A stretch of 64,000 nt of DNA from Eledone cirrhosa (lineage: Eukaryota): positions 307,024,001 to 307,088,000 of the forward strand of contig OZ024741.1 in NCBI GenBank assembly GCA_964016885.1. Reading direction: 5' to 3'. Each line of letters starts with the position of its first letter. Position 1 is the first letter of the stretch. Below the pieces are notes generated by a model. The model worked only from the letters and a program-made list of their open reading frames with translations, made no database searches and was not told where the DNA came from. Below are positions 40,129 to 54,443 of this stretch, piece after piece. A program made the translations under genes and the position numbers.

Positions 40129-42164
40129 CCTGTGTCAGTGTTGAACAAAAAGGTGACGTGGTTGCCTTAACACCGTATGGCATAAATTCAGGCAGTTCAG
40201 TTTGTTTACAAACGAACAAAGCGACGTTAGCGCCGCTAAACTGATACGTGCATATATGTATGTGTACCTGTATGCATATGTATATATATATGTATATATA
40301 TATATATATGTGCGTGCTACTGTACGTCTGTATACATATATGTATGTACGTATACATGCATACTTACATTTAAGTAAGTGCCATACTAAGAGTGAGAAAT
40401 GAAATTTCGTTTTCATTTTGTTTCAATTTATCGTTTTCGGTATGCCTGACCGATTTAACTCACTCAATATGCAAATTAGGCTGCTCAGCCGTTAATTTTC
40501 ATAAGGAAAGTATATACTTTCGAACGTTCAACTATCTGGCAGATGGGTAAACGGTGCTGATGATAGCTAACAAGCTTGAAACTAGTACATCGTTCCTGTG
40601 TCAGTGTTGAACAAAAAGGTGACGTGGTTGCCTTAACACCGTATGGCATAAATTCAGGCAGTTCAGTTTGTTTACAAACGAACAAAGCGACGTTAGCGCC
40701 GCTAAACTGATACGTGCATATATGTATGTGTACCTGTATGCATATGTATATATATATGTATATATATATATATATGTGCGTGCTACTGTACGTCTGTATA
40801 CATATATGTATGTACGTATACATGCATACTTACATTTAAGTAAGTGCCATACTAAGAGTGAGAAATGAAATTTCGTTTTCATTTTGTTTCAATTTATCGT
40901 TTTCGGTATGCCTGACCGATTTAACTCACTCAATATGCAAATTAGGCTGCTCAGCCGTTAATTTTCATAAGGAAAGTATATACTTTCGAACGTTCAACTA
41001 TCTGGCAGATGGGTAAACGGTGCTGATGATAGCTAACAAGCTTGAAACTAGTACATCGTTCCTGTGTCAGTGTTGAACAAAAAGGTGACGTGGTTGCCTT
41101 AACACCGTATGGCATAAATTCAGGCAGTTCAGTTTGTTTACAAACGAACAAAGCGACGTTAGCGCCGCTAAACTGATACGTGCATATATGTATGTGTACC
41201 TGTATGCATATGTATATATATATGTATATATATATATATATGTGCGTGCTACTGTACGTCTGTATACATATATGTATGTACGTATACATGCATACTTACA
41301 TTTAAGTAAGTGCCATACTAAGAGTGAGAAATGAAATTTCGTTTTCATTTTGTTTCAATTTATCGTTTTCGGTATGCCTGACCGATTTAACTCACTCAAT
41401 ATGCAAATTAGGCTGCTCAGCCGTTAATTTTCATAAGGAAAGTATATACTTTCGAACGTTCAACTATCTGGCAGATGGGTAAACGGTGCTGATGATAGCT
41501 AACAAGCTTGAAACTAGTACATCGTTCCTGTGTCAGTGTTGAACAAAAAGGTGACGTGGTTGCCTTAACACCGTATGGCATAAATTCAGGCAGTTCAGTT
41601 TGTTTACAAACGAACAAAGCGACGTTAGCGCCGCTAAACTGATACGTGCATATATGTATGTGTACCTGTATGCATATGTATATATATATGTATATATATA
41701 TATATATGTGCGTGCTACTGTACGTCTGTATACATATATGTATGTACGTATACATGCATACTTACATTTAAGTAAGTGCCATACTAAGAGTGAGAAATGA
41801 AATTTCGTTTTCATTTTGTTTCAATTTATCGTTTTCGGTATGCCTGACCGATTTAACTCACTCAATATGCAAATTAGGCTGCTCAGCCGTTAATTTTCAT
41901 AAGGAAAGTATATACTTTCGAACGTTCAACTATCTGGCAGATGGGTAAACGGTGCTGATGATAGCTAACAAGCTTGAAACTAGTACATCGTTCCTGTGTC
42001 AGTGTTGAACAAAAAGGTGACGTGGTTGCCTTAACACCGTATGGCATAAATTCAGGCAGTTCAGTTTGTTTACAAACGAACAAAGCGACGTTAGCGCCGC
42101 TAAACTGATACGTGCATATATGTATGTGTACCTGTATGCATATGTATATATATATGTATATATA

Positions 42165-42419
42165 GACATATATATACATATACATATATACATATCTACA
42201 AATATACACATATATATATACATATATACATATATATATATATCCATATATATACATATATATATGCATATATATATATACATATATATATACATATATA
42301 TACATATATATACATATATATACATATATATATATATACATATACATATATATACATATATATACATATACATATATATACATATACATATATATACATA
42401 TATATATACATATATATAC

Positions 42420-42464
<45 letters not shown>

Positions 42465-42599
42465 CATATATACATATATATAAACATATATATACATATA
42501 CATATGTATATATATATATACATATATATATACATATATATACATATATATATATACATATATATACATATATATATACATATATATATACATATATAC

Positions 42600-42648
<49 letters not shown>

Positions 42649-42703
42649 CATATATATATACATATATATATACATATATATATATACATATATATATATA
42701 TAC

Positions 42704-42736
<33 letters not shown>

Positions 42737-43096
42737 CATATATATACATATATACATATATATATATATATACATATATACATATATATACATATATATA
42801 TATAAACATATATATACACACATATATATATATACATATATACATATATATATATATACATATATATACATATATATACGTATATATACATATATATATA
42901 TATATACATATATATACATATATACATATATATATACATATATATATATATACATACATATATATACACATATATATATATATACATATGTACATATATA
43001 CATATATATACATATTCATATATATACATATATACATATATATATATATACATATACATATATATATATACATATATATATACATATATATATACA

Positions 43097-43160
<64 letters not shown>

Positions 43161-43185
43161 TATATATATATTCATATGTATATAA
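42165..43185. repeat. Long degenerate (TA)n/TACATA microsatellite (others at 8533-8855, 15583-15811, 17367-18152, 27054-28019, 30261-30767, 31586-32694, 34536-35505, 50820-51570, 58760-59870)
   Basis: Direct inspection; these tracts produce the YIYI pseudo-ORFs. Confidence 0.95.
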
Positions 43186-44389
43186 AATATTCATATGTTT
43201 ATAAAATACAAAAGGATTATATTTTGGAAATATAATTATATCAATATAACTTAAAAGGCAAACGAATTCTACAAATATCAAAATACTAAAATATCCCAAA
43301 ATATTATAGAATATTTTAAGTTAAAATAATATGTTTAATATATTTAGTATAAAAATTTATCTTACGTATATTTTTGTATTTTATATACTCAATTGTACTA
43401 TGTTATATATTGATGTATACGTATGTCTATGTACGGCTAATGTATCTATATCTGTGTGTTGACATACATATACATGTGTTATAAGCTTTTTTATAATTAT
43501 ATGTCTGTCTGTATATATGCATGAGTGACGCGTGTATACCAATTGAAGATGCACACACATATCTATTCATGTATAGCTAAGAATTATGCATGTGAATGTA
43601 CAGGCTTACACATGCAGTTTTTGATTGCAGATATGCATAACTTAACAGCCATAAATGTATGAAAGTTAATCCTATATACTTATATATATATACAAAAAAT
43701 TTTAATTTTTAATTAATAACACAAGGAATGTATAACAATAAATAAAAAAATCACTTATGCTTTGAATGTATATATTATATGCGGGAGTAGATATAATGTG
43801 TATTTTCTGAGTGCGTGTGTATATATATATATTTATGTACCTTTGCCTATGTGTATGTAATATACGATAGATAATCTCTCTAGCAATATATATATTTTAT
43901 AATGTTTAAATTCCAATTTTTAATATATTGATCTCAATTTTTGAACTAAATATCTAATCATAATTAAACAATGTGTAATTTCTCATATTATATATCTATT
44001 ATTCATGAATATTAATATTTCTAATTTTATTTATGCATTTCATCCCAATTGTTAACTTAACTTAATATGACATAACTTAAGGTTTTCGTTCTCTCCCCCC
44101 TCTCTCTATCTCTATATATCTCTCTCTGGATTTTTTCTCTGTCTGATGGTTTGATATCTCCCCGTTATTTTTCCTCTGTTCTCTTTTCATTTTTGCTTTC
44201 TTCTTTTTCTTTATCTATCTCTCCCTTTCTTTTCTCCACGTTTCTCTCTCTCTCTCTCCATCTTTTTACTTACTCGTAACACTATGACTTACTAAAGTAA
44301 ACAAACCACTATCCTGAAGGCCTCCAAAAGCAACGGTTAATTTTTAAAGGGTACGTCAATGTCTATTTATAAAACTGTTATATATTGTA

Positions 44390-44447
44390 TTTTGTCTGAT
44401 GAAGGCATACCATAATGTAACTTGGTATCCTTGAAATATATATGAAA
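44390..44447 (+). ncRNA. Hammerhead-like ribozyme in a pseudo-LTR-like sequence
   Basis: Same fold as 32181-32240, followed by AATAAA; the downstream ~90 bp resembles 11495-11585. Confidence 0.55.
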
Positions 44448-44576
44448 TAAATATGGTTTTATAAATATAGTTTCCATTTATTAATATCGTATATCTACTC
44501 CAAATATTTGTCGAGTGTTTTATATCAGTTATAAAAATATTTGCTTGTTGTATCCCAACAATTTAAATAGAACTTT

Positions 44577-44666
<90 letters not shown>

Positions 44667-44829
44667 GTATTAAGGATACTATTTATGGTTATGTATTTAC
44701 TAAAACCTTTTATAGTTATATATATATTATACCCTAAATAGTGAAAGACAGTAATGTATTACTATCTTATTACCAGTAAGATAAATAGCTCAATGTAATA
44801 ACATCAGTTGATTTACAGAGCAGTTATAT

Positions 44830-46430
44830 AGAGATTACAAAAATATCAAGGATAGCAAGGATAACAAATTTATTCAATTTGATATCAATTCATACTACAC
44901 CTCTATTTCCCCTATCCTATTAAATAAGGCACTTATCACAGCCATGGACAATAGTGACCTGACTAGACCCCAGATTGATGTCATACTTGCGGCCCGTAAA
45001 ACAGTAATCACCTTTGAAGACCAATTATGGACCCGCAAGGATACGCAAAACAACTTCGACATAACCATGGGATCTAGTGACTCGGCGCAGGTCACTGATT
45101 TAGTCGGCCTATATTTACTTAACGAAATCCATACAGACCTTCCATACCTCAACGGTGGTTTGTACCGCGATGATGCACTTCTACTTATAGATTCTAAAAA
45201 ATTCAATATAGAAAGAACTAGAAAACTATTGCACAAGACATTCAAAAACTATAACCTTAGTATTACCATGGACAAAAACACTAAAAACGTTAACTTCCTG
45301 GACGCCACCCTCTACCTAGACTCAAAGATATATGTACCTTTCCACAAACCTAATGAAAAACTCATTTACGTAGATACCAAGTCTAACCACCCTAGGTCTA
45401 TATTAAACTCTATCTCTAAGGGAGTATCTAATAGAATCTCTAATCTATCCTATGACGTAAACATATTTAGCAAAAACTCGCAATATTATAATCAGGCATT
45501 AGCTAGATCAGGCCATAATATAGAGATCGAGTTCCTACCTACAAAAACACATAGCTACAACATTATTTCGCACATGTCCATGAGAAAATTTAGTAATAGG
45601 AATAGCAACCACACATACACTAATAGGCAGGATACCAACAAAAGTAACCCACACCACAGAAATTACCATAGTACCATAAAAGGAAACAACTCACCAGACA
45701 TAAAAACAAAAATAGAAGAAGAAATAATACATTTTTTTCAATCCTCCTTTCAATCTAAACGTCTCTACCAACCTACCTAGAGCTTTCTTCTCACTACTAG
45801 ATAAAAACTTCCCATCCGGCCATAAGTACCATAGCCTTTTAAAGAAAAACACTATTAAAATCTCCTACTCTACTACGCCTAACATAGCATACCACATAGC
45901 TAGTAGCAATAAAAGAAAAATTAATTCTTACTTCCAGCAAACTAAATCACAACAGACGATAAACCTTCAAAATAACATTATAACAACTAACCCTAATATC
46001 AATAGAAATAATAGTAATAACACTAGTGTAAACAATAACGCTGGGAAATTCAACCCACATAACCATAACCCTATAGCTACCATACAGACTTCTACACAAC
46101 ATAATAACCGGCAGACTAACACCCAGAATAATTGTAACTGTAGATCAAATAGAACCTGCCCTTTAGATAAAAAATGCGTAATCAAGGATATCATATACTC
46201 ATGCACCGTCACAACTAGCAATTCTTCTGAAACCTATATAGGCTCTACTTCAAACTGCTTCAAAACCAGATACAATTCGCACCTCCACTCTTTCAAAGAA
46301 CACAGTCTAGCCAACTCCACTTCACTATCTAGCTACATACACTATCTAAAAACTAAAAATAAACCATATACACTTAAATGGGAAGTGATAGGTAACGCGT
46401 CATCGTACAAACCACCTAACACCTCATCTC
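44830..46430 (+). mobile_element. Penelope-like element fragment (YRDD-type RT + GIY-YIG)
   Basis: FIQFDINSYY, FDITMGSSDSAQVTDLVGLY, GLYRDDAL, NFLDAT, SNHP, CNCRSNRTCPLDKKC, IIYSC...TYIGST. Confidence 0.88.
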
Positions 46431-46732
46431 CACACCCATTAATCCACTTTAACGCAAATAGTGACATCCTCCTAGTACCTTTTGCCTTGGAGATATCCCC
46501 ATGTACTTCTACTTTTGGTATATTGGCCTTCAATTGCTTAGACTACATTACACCAATGTAAACTTTAAGCACGGAATTGGCTGTGCTAACATTGTCCTGT
46601 GTATGCAGTGCCATCATTGGATAAATGGAAGCTTAAGTATTAATTCAATATTTCGACAGCGTAATCGCCTAGATATAGTCAACTAAACAGAATTAGGTTT
46701 AAATAAACTAGGAGAAAATAGAATACATTTAA

Positions 46733-46822
46733 ATACCTCTACCATGGTTTCGTCCGTGTTTTGAGTTTTCCAATAATTATGTAATAATTATATAAACTCG
46801 AGCGCCGGATTCTTCAGATAAA
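46733..46822 (-). ncRNA. Degenerate hammerhead-like fold with long stem II
   Basis: Minus strand CTGAAGA-ATCCG..GAGTTT...AAACTC..CGGAC-GAAA-CCATGGT-A; stem I pairs poorly. Confidence 0.4.
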
Positions 46823-47139
46823 TATTCGATAAATATTCCGCTACGTCCGACGCGAAGCACTAGTTTCGGTTATTTGTCGGAGATTCCTTCATAGAAGCCT
46901 CTTTGTATAGCCTGGTCTATTCGATTTTTTATATAGTTAATTATGCTAATTGGGAGAGGAAATAGTATATATTTTATCTTGTGATTCTATAGACATGTTT
47001 TATGATATATAGCTCTGATTGTTTAATTTATTAATTTTTCATTGAGCCACAAAGTGACCAGTTGCAAAACACGTATATGTATGTGTATGGATATATATAT
47101 GTAAACCTTTATATATATACATATATATGTATATATATA

Positions 47140-50100
47140 TCATCATCATTATCATCATCATCGTTTAACGTCCATGTTCCACGCTAGTATGGGTTTGGAC
47201 GGGAGTTTTCCCACTTGAGGCAAGAGTGGTTGTCTTGCTCGCATAGGACTGTCTGGCGGGTTTTCTACAGCTGGATGCCCTTCCTAACACCAACCACATT
47301 TACAGTGTGGGGCTGGGAGGTTTTTACCGTGTTGCCTACACGGCCACATTACAGCGTGGACTGTGTGTTTTTTGTCGTGACACCTACACGATCTCATTTG
47401 TTTCGGCCTGGATGTTGTGACACCAACATAACTTTACATTGAAAGGGGCGGTGTGGATCAGGTGGGGGTGGTGTATTTTGTTAGAGATGCCTACTGACTG
47501 TAGTAGGTGTTACTTTGTATTTAGGTAAGGCGGGTCTTCTCTATTACTGAGTACCGCCAAAGATCTCGGTCCAGTGACATTGTCTTGGAGAGGTGTAAAT
47601 GTGTGAGGTCAGAATTTATCAGGTCGTCCCAGGTTTTTCTGGGTCTGCCTACTCCGTGGCTACCGTCTATTTTGATCGCCCTGCACTTTTTTATACAGCT
47701 GTCGTCTTTCATGCGCATCACGTGACCATACCAACGCAGCCTTCTCTCGAGTAAACAACATCTGATCCCTCTTATTTCTAATTTTTCCCTTAGTTCGTTT
47801 ATGCTTTGCCGTTCACGTATATTACTATTACACATCCAGCGGAGCATGCAAGCTTCGTTCCTCTCTAGTCTGCGTATATCCTCTGCACACAATGCCCAGG
47901 TTTCACTGCCATGCAACATTGCTGTTCGTATGCAGGCATCATACAACCTGCCTTTCATTTTTAGGGAGAACCCTTTAGCGGCTAATAGTGGTATAAGCTC
48001 TCTGAACTTTTTCCATCCAGTTCTGACTCTAGCTACTGTACTTTCCCCCACTGCTGATTTTGTCACCCAGGTAACGGAAGCTGTCCACTATTTCTATAGA
48101 ACCCTCTGCGCAATTGAAAGAGATAGTATTTTGTGGGCACTTGCTGCTACTTATTGCACCAGAGCACCGGCCACATGTAAAATCTATGTTTTAGTTAGCT
48201 TACCAGTGATCTGACTACATCTTTTATGCAAACATACTTTGCATTTGGGACATAAAATGGAGTTTCTACCTACGCCTTTCCTACACACTGAGCATGGCCA
48301 TTTCCCGGAAGGGACCGGCGCCTTATTTTCTTTCCTACAAACTAGAACTTTAGTCTTAGAGAGGTTAATTTTAAGGCCTTTTGATTCTAGTCCGTGCTTC
48401 TATGTTTGGAATTTCTTCTCTAGCTCGGCCATTGATTCAGCTATAAGCGTTAGATCATCTGCGTATAGGAGTTCCCATGGGCAGCCGGTCTTGAACTCCA
48501 CTGTTATAGCCTGAAGGGCAATAATAAATCGTAGGGGGCTAAGAACAGAGCCCTGATGAACACCAACTTTTACTGATGAACTAAACTCTTCACTATTTTC
48601 GTTTTTAATTCTAACCTTGCTGACTGTTTCTTTATACATGGCTTGTATAGCTCTCACAAGCCATTCGTCAACACCTAGTTTTCTAAGAGCCCACCAGATA
48701 ATGGAACGGGGGACTCTGTCGAAGGCTTTCTCCAAGTCGACAAAAGCTATGTATAGGGGTTTACTTTTAGCTAGGTACTTCTCCTGTAGTTGTCGTACAA
48801 TGAAAAGAGTGTCTGTGGTACTTTTGCCTGACACAAACCCGAACTGCATTTCATCTAGATCAATTTTCTCTCTGATTAGTTGCGCTATTACTTTTTCCGT
48901 GACCTTCATGACCTGGTCGATTAATTTAATGCCTCTATAGTTACTCCTATCTAGGGGATCTCCTTTACACTTGTAACAGTTAATGATGATGCTGCTCCGC
49001 CAGTCCTTCAGAACAACCCCATTCTGTATGACTTGGTTTACTATCCGGGTGACCATGGTGTGTCCCACCGTTCCAGATGCTTTCAGCATCTCAGCAACTA
49101 TTTCCGAAGGCCCAGCCGCCTTACCCGTCTTCATATCTTTGATTGCCCTACTTATTATACTCCCCTCGACTAACACTGCTGGTTCCTCGATTGGGTCGAT
49201 GTGGGGGAGACTGTCTTTCTCCCATTTATTCTCCTCATTTAGTAGCTTTTCCTAGTGACACTTCCAAGCTACCTTCTTATCAGCGTCAGTGATGGCAAGT
49301 ACGCCATCATCATTAAGTACACACTTCTCCCCGACAATATCACTGTTTTCCTTGACACATTGCCTAGCAATCCTGAACACCTCACGTTTTTGGTCCTCGC
49401 GTTGTAGAACATGCTTGAACTTTCTTTCCTTTGCTTCCCTTCTTGCGAAGTACACTTGTCTCCTAGCTCCCCCCCCCTGGCCACTTGATAGTCTTCTCTA
49501 CTTCCCCCATCCCGCCATACTTTCCAAGCCTGCTTTTTGGCCTTGATTGACCCCTCCAACTTACTGTTCCACCACCATGTTACTCTCCTCCTGCCTACAG
49601 GCCTGCTCCAGCCACAGACTTCGTCTGCCGCCATCAGCAGGTTTGCTTTCAGGAATTCCCACTGTTCCTCTATGTTGTACGACTCTAATTGCTCTTCCTT
49701 ACTGTCGAAAGCATCAAGTAATATGCTTTTAAATTTATTTCTGGCTGTGGGGTCCTTTAGCTTCCATATTTTTCTCCTGAGGATAATCCTCTTCTGCTGT
49801 CTAGTACATCTCGTCCTGACTATTAGGTCGCTAATTATCAGTCTATGTTGGGAGGTGCATTCTTCATGGGGGAGGGATTTAGTGTTTACAACAGACACTC
49901 TGTCACGTCTTCTGGTAAGGATACAATCTACCTGGCTTGTGTGTTCCCCCGATCTATAGGTGATCAGGTGATTGTCTCGTTTTTTGAAGTTAGTGTTAAA
50001 GATAGTTAGGTTATTTGCGTCACAGAATTCCAGGATTCCGGAGCCTTCCTCATTTCTAGTACCAAATCCATAGCCTCCATGGATTCCGTCATAGCCGTCA

Positions 50101-50476
50101 CAATGTTTTCCAACGTGTCCATTTAGGTCGCCTGCAATAATTATATAGTCACTGTCGGTTATTTGGGAGGTAGTGAGCATCAGTGTCTCATAGAATCTGT
50201 CTTTTATAGTGCCGGGCATTCCGGATTGGGGTGCGTACCGTAGTTCTATTGAGGACAAGTCTTATTTTAATTATTCTGTCGTTCACTCTATTTACGTCTA
50301 TTATCTTATCTGCCCACTTTTCTGCTACCATGATTCCTACTCCACCCAGCCCACTGTCATTTCCCACCCAGAAAAGCTTATAGCATCGTTCTTTACCCAC
50401 AATGAATCTAGCAGATCCACCCCTTCACCTGGTCTCTTGAATACAACAAACATCGACCTCCTTACGTTCAAGCATT
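47140..50476 (-). mobile_element. RTE-clade LINE, nearly complete APE-RT ORF, disrupted
   Basis: [64 protein letters not shown]; 3' (ATG)n tail at about 47140-47160. Confidence 0.92.
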
Positions 50477-50585
50477 TCGTTTTGCGTGTATTGCGTTTGG
50501 AGGGTGGGAGCGGTGGGGTGTGGCATATATATATGAGGTGTGTCATATATAAAAGTTCCAGGACTGATGTCACCAAAGATTTATT

Positions 50586-50666
50586 ATCACTGATGAAATG
50601 CCTAAGGATTATTTGTTTCAGAAACAATATTCAGGGAGAAACAGATTAAATCTTTAGTCTGTCCGA
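50586..50666 (+). ncRNA. Candidate hammerhead with extended palindromic stems II and III
   Basis: CTGATGA at 50590; stem II contains TTGTTTC-A-GAAACAA; GAAA at 50638; stem III ACAGATTAAA-TC-TTTAGTCTGT; GUC at 50661-50663. Stem I is mismatched. Confidence 0.45.
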
Positions 50667-50836
50667 GAGATGAAATCGTTATTGATACGGTATGTATAGG
50701 AAATCTTGTATCTTACAGTATGTTTCAGGTTAAATATATAAAACATTGTGGTATAATTTACCCTTGTAATTTTAGACACAGAATTGACTGTGTTTATTTC
50801 TACATATATTAATATTATATACAAATATATATATAC

Positions 50837-50966
<130 letters not shown>

Positions 50967-51042
50967 ATATATACAGATATATATACATATATATATATAC
51001 ATATACATATATATATATACATATACATATATATACATATAC

Positions 51043-51075
<33 letters not shown>

Positions 51076-51528
51076 CATATACATATACACATATATATAT
51101 ACTTATATATACATATATATATACACATATATATATATATACTTATATATACATATATATATACACATATATATATACATATATATACATATATATATAC
51201 TCATATATATATCCATATATATACATATATATACATACACATATATATTTATACATATATATACTTATATACATATATATATATATATACACATATATAT
51301 ATATATATTTATATACATATATATATATATATATACACACATATATATACATATACATATATATATACATATATATACATATACACATATATATATATAC
51401 ATATATATACATATATATATACACATATATATTTATACACATATATAGATATACACATATATACATATATATATATATACACACACACATATATATATAT
51501 ATACACATATATATATATATATACACAC

Positions 51529-51564
<36 letters not shown>

Positions 51565-51570
51565 ATATAT

Positions 51571-51907
51571 GGAGGCACATGGCTTAGTGGTTAGAGCATT
51601 GGCCTTGCAATCATATGGTTGTGAGTTCAATTCTCAGATTGCGTGATGCGTTGTTTCCTTGAGCAAGACACTTTGTTTCACATTGCTCCAGTTTACTCAG
51701 CTGCAGAAATGAGATGATAGGGACTGGGGTCCATATCATTCCGCTGCAAAGTGGTCGTGGAGGTGCCACGGTAATAAAGCACCCAGCACTCTACTGTAAA
51801 TGAGGTTGGTGTTACGAAGGGCATCCAGCTGTAGAAATCAAGCCAGAATCAGTTCCTGTCCCACCCTTGCAAGCAGACGTAAAATGATGATGATGATGAA
51901 TGATGAT
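51571..51907 (+). mobile_element. SINE family A, full length
   Basis: tRNA head, CORE-like body, RTE-like tail and (ATG)n. Confidence 0.88.
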
Positions 51908-51923
51908 ATACACATATATATAC

Positions 51924-51954
<31 letters not shown>

Positions 51955-52208
51955 CATATATAGATAAATATATATATATACATATATAATACACATATAT
52001 ATACATATGTATATACACATATATATATACACATATATATATACATATATATATATATATACACATATATATATACACATATATGCGCACATATATATAT
52101 ATGCACATATATATATGCACATATATATATATAGTAAGGTGCATTATTGATTGTGTAAAATGGTCCAATAACTTATGTTAGCAATATTAAGTTCTCCACG
52201 CTTTTTGT

Positions 52209-53095
52209 ATAAGCTTGAAACTAGTACAGCGTTCCTTTGTCAGTGTTGAACAAATGAGCAACGATGGTTGCTGAACGGCTTAATTCAGGATGTTTGTTTA
52301 CAAACACACCAAGCATTATAATAAATGTTTGGTGATTCCATATGTACATTTATATATGTGTGCATGTATGTATATATATATACATACTACTGTACGTCTG
52401 TATACATATATATTGTTGAACGAGAAACGTTTGTTGAACAAACCAGCAACGATGGTTGCTAGACACTACGGCTTAATACGGGATGTTTGTTTACAAACAC
52501 ATCGAGCATTATAATAAATGTTCGGTGAATCCATACGTACATATATATGTGTGCATGTATGTATATATATATACATACTACTGTACGTCTGTATACATAT
52601 ACGTATGTACGTGTACATACTTATATTTAAGGTAACAGCCCTACTAAGAGTGGGAAATGAAATTTCGTTTCATTTTTTCCGTATATCGTTTTCGGGGCAC
52701 CCGGCCGATTAACCCACTCGATATGCAAATTGGGCTACTCAGCCGTTAATATGAATAAGGTAAGTATATACGTTCAACAATCTGGCAGGAAGGTATACAT
52801 TGCAGACGATAGCTAATAAGCTTGAAACTAGTACAGCGTTCCTTTGTCAGTGTTGAACAAACGAACAACGATTGTTGCTAGACACTACGGCTTAATACGG
52901 GATGTTTGTTTACAAACACACCGAGCATTATAATAAATGTTCGGAGAATCCATACGTACATATATATATGTGTGCATGTATGTATATATATATATATACA
53001 TACTACTGTACGTCTGTATACATATATGTATGTACGTGTACATACTTATACTTAAGTAACAGCCGTACTAAGATTGGGAAATGAAATTTCGTTTA
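52209..53095 (+). mobile_element. Diverged, rearranged tandem copies of the hammerhead-bearing repeat family
   Basis: Hammerhead 3' half at 52209-52233, mutated hammerhead (CAGACGA) at 52797-52840, octamer at 52723. Confidence 0.82.
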
Positions 53096-53103
53096 ATTTT
53101 TAC

Positions 53104-53140
<37 letters not shown>

Positions 53141-53145
53141 ATATC

Positions 53146-53221
<76 letters not shown>

Positions 53222-53224
<3 letters not shown>

Positions 53225-53442
53225 GTCCCTATCATTCCACTGCAAAGTGGTCGTGGAGGTGCCACGGCAAAAAAGCACCCAGCACTCACTGTAAATGGGG
53301 TTGGTGTTAGGAAGCGCATCCAGCTGTAGAAATCAAGCCAGAATCAGTTCCCATCCCACCCTTGCAAGCAGGGAAAAGTGGACGTAAAATGAAATGATGA
53401 TGATGATGATGATGATGACGTAAAATGAAATGATGATGATGA

Positions 53443-53444
<2 letters not shown>
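53222..53444 (+). mobile_element. SINE family A, 5'-truncated, duplicated tail
   Basis: Body and tail match 26710-26910 (reverse complement). Confidence 0.8.
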
Positions 53445-53484
<40 letters not shown>

Positions 53485-53955
53485 AATTAGTATATCTACC
53501 AACATATATATACAGATGCATACACAGATGCATATATATATTGGTAGATATACTAATTCTTTATAATTAACTCCAAATTATTTTGTTGAGCAAAAATTTG
53601 CCAAAACTACTGCTATGGTTCATAGTAATAGCCAGGCTACTGTCTTATTAGCACCCCACTCATCACTGATTGACCTCGATGTCACGTGATTGATTCTTTT
53701 GAGTAGGCAGTGATTTTTTCAATGTCCTGGAATTTAGTCCTCACTTGCTTTTTTCCATCCACTGAATTATTTTTGTATAAGTTCCCTGTGTCCACGCATT
53801 GCCTGGGAACTTAGCTGAGAACAGATCTCCCTGATGACAAAAGGATATTTCTCCATGTTGTTCCAATCGGAAACCATGTTTATTCCCTTTCAGAAACTAA
53901 TTAGTTGGAGTGAAATTTTAGTAAGTTAATTATTATAATTTTCTTATTTTACGTC

Positions 53956-54039
<84 letters not shown>

Positions 54040-54040
54040 C

Positions 54041-54400
54041 GTAGTTAAGAAAGCCACAACAATGCAGAGGGAAATCTCGAGGTAGGAAGTGAAAGATAGA
54101 TAGGAAAAACAGGTGAAAGTGAAAATTGAGAGAGACAAAGATGAAAACAAAACAAAGGTAGAAGGGTTACCGTAGTGGAGATTTAATCCCAATATTTCGG
54201 GCTCACGCCCATCAACGGGGGAAAAGTTCCAAAAGGGGGGGAAACAGGCCAAGCGGAGAAAGTTGTGATGTCGTTAAGACAGGAATGCCGTTATGGGGAG
54301 AAAATTATTTAAAATTTAAACGAGGGAAAGAATGCGCGTGCGCGTGAGAGGCTGTGGCAAAAGCTACTGACCAAATGGGTTAAATCAAGAGGGTGCGCTT
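54041..54400 (-). mobile_element. Solo Penelope pseudo-LTR fragment
   Basis: Colinear with 7007-7340 and includes the CCGUUGA hammerhead-like fold at 54187-54222. Confidence 0.8.
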
Positions 54401-54443
54401 AGTTATCAAAGTTCAAAGACTAAATAAAGATGGCGTAGAAAAT

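Larger units (their letters stand above)
35506..42164. repeat. Inverted tandem array of apparently identical 466-bp hammerhead-containing units (retrozyme-like): about 8.9 units, then about 5.4 inverted units, junction at 39668-39669
   Basis: The ORF track repeats with exact period 466 (35521, 35987 ... 39249), then the mirror set follows. Junction reads ...GCATATTGA-GT-CAGTGTTGAAC. Confidence 0.97.

Noticed and set aside
35521-42160. Repeated 66, 93 and 112-aa ORFs in each 466-bp unit
   Set aside because: They run through TA microsatellite, show no domain, and are not preserved in the diverged copies; the conserved signal is RNA structure.
35506-42164. CRISPR-like or rDNA/snRNA gene array
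   Set aside because: There are no unique spacers or cas genes, the context is eukaryotic, and I recognise no 5S, U-snRNA or SL RNA sequence in the unit.
46125-46260. Selenocysteine-encoding Penelope (as reported for some Naiad elements)
   Set aside because: The Cys positions I checked in the CxC...C motif use TGT/TGC rather than TGA.
53825-53890. CTGATGA...GAAACCATGT as a hammerhead
   Set aside because: Stems I and II do not form convincingly.
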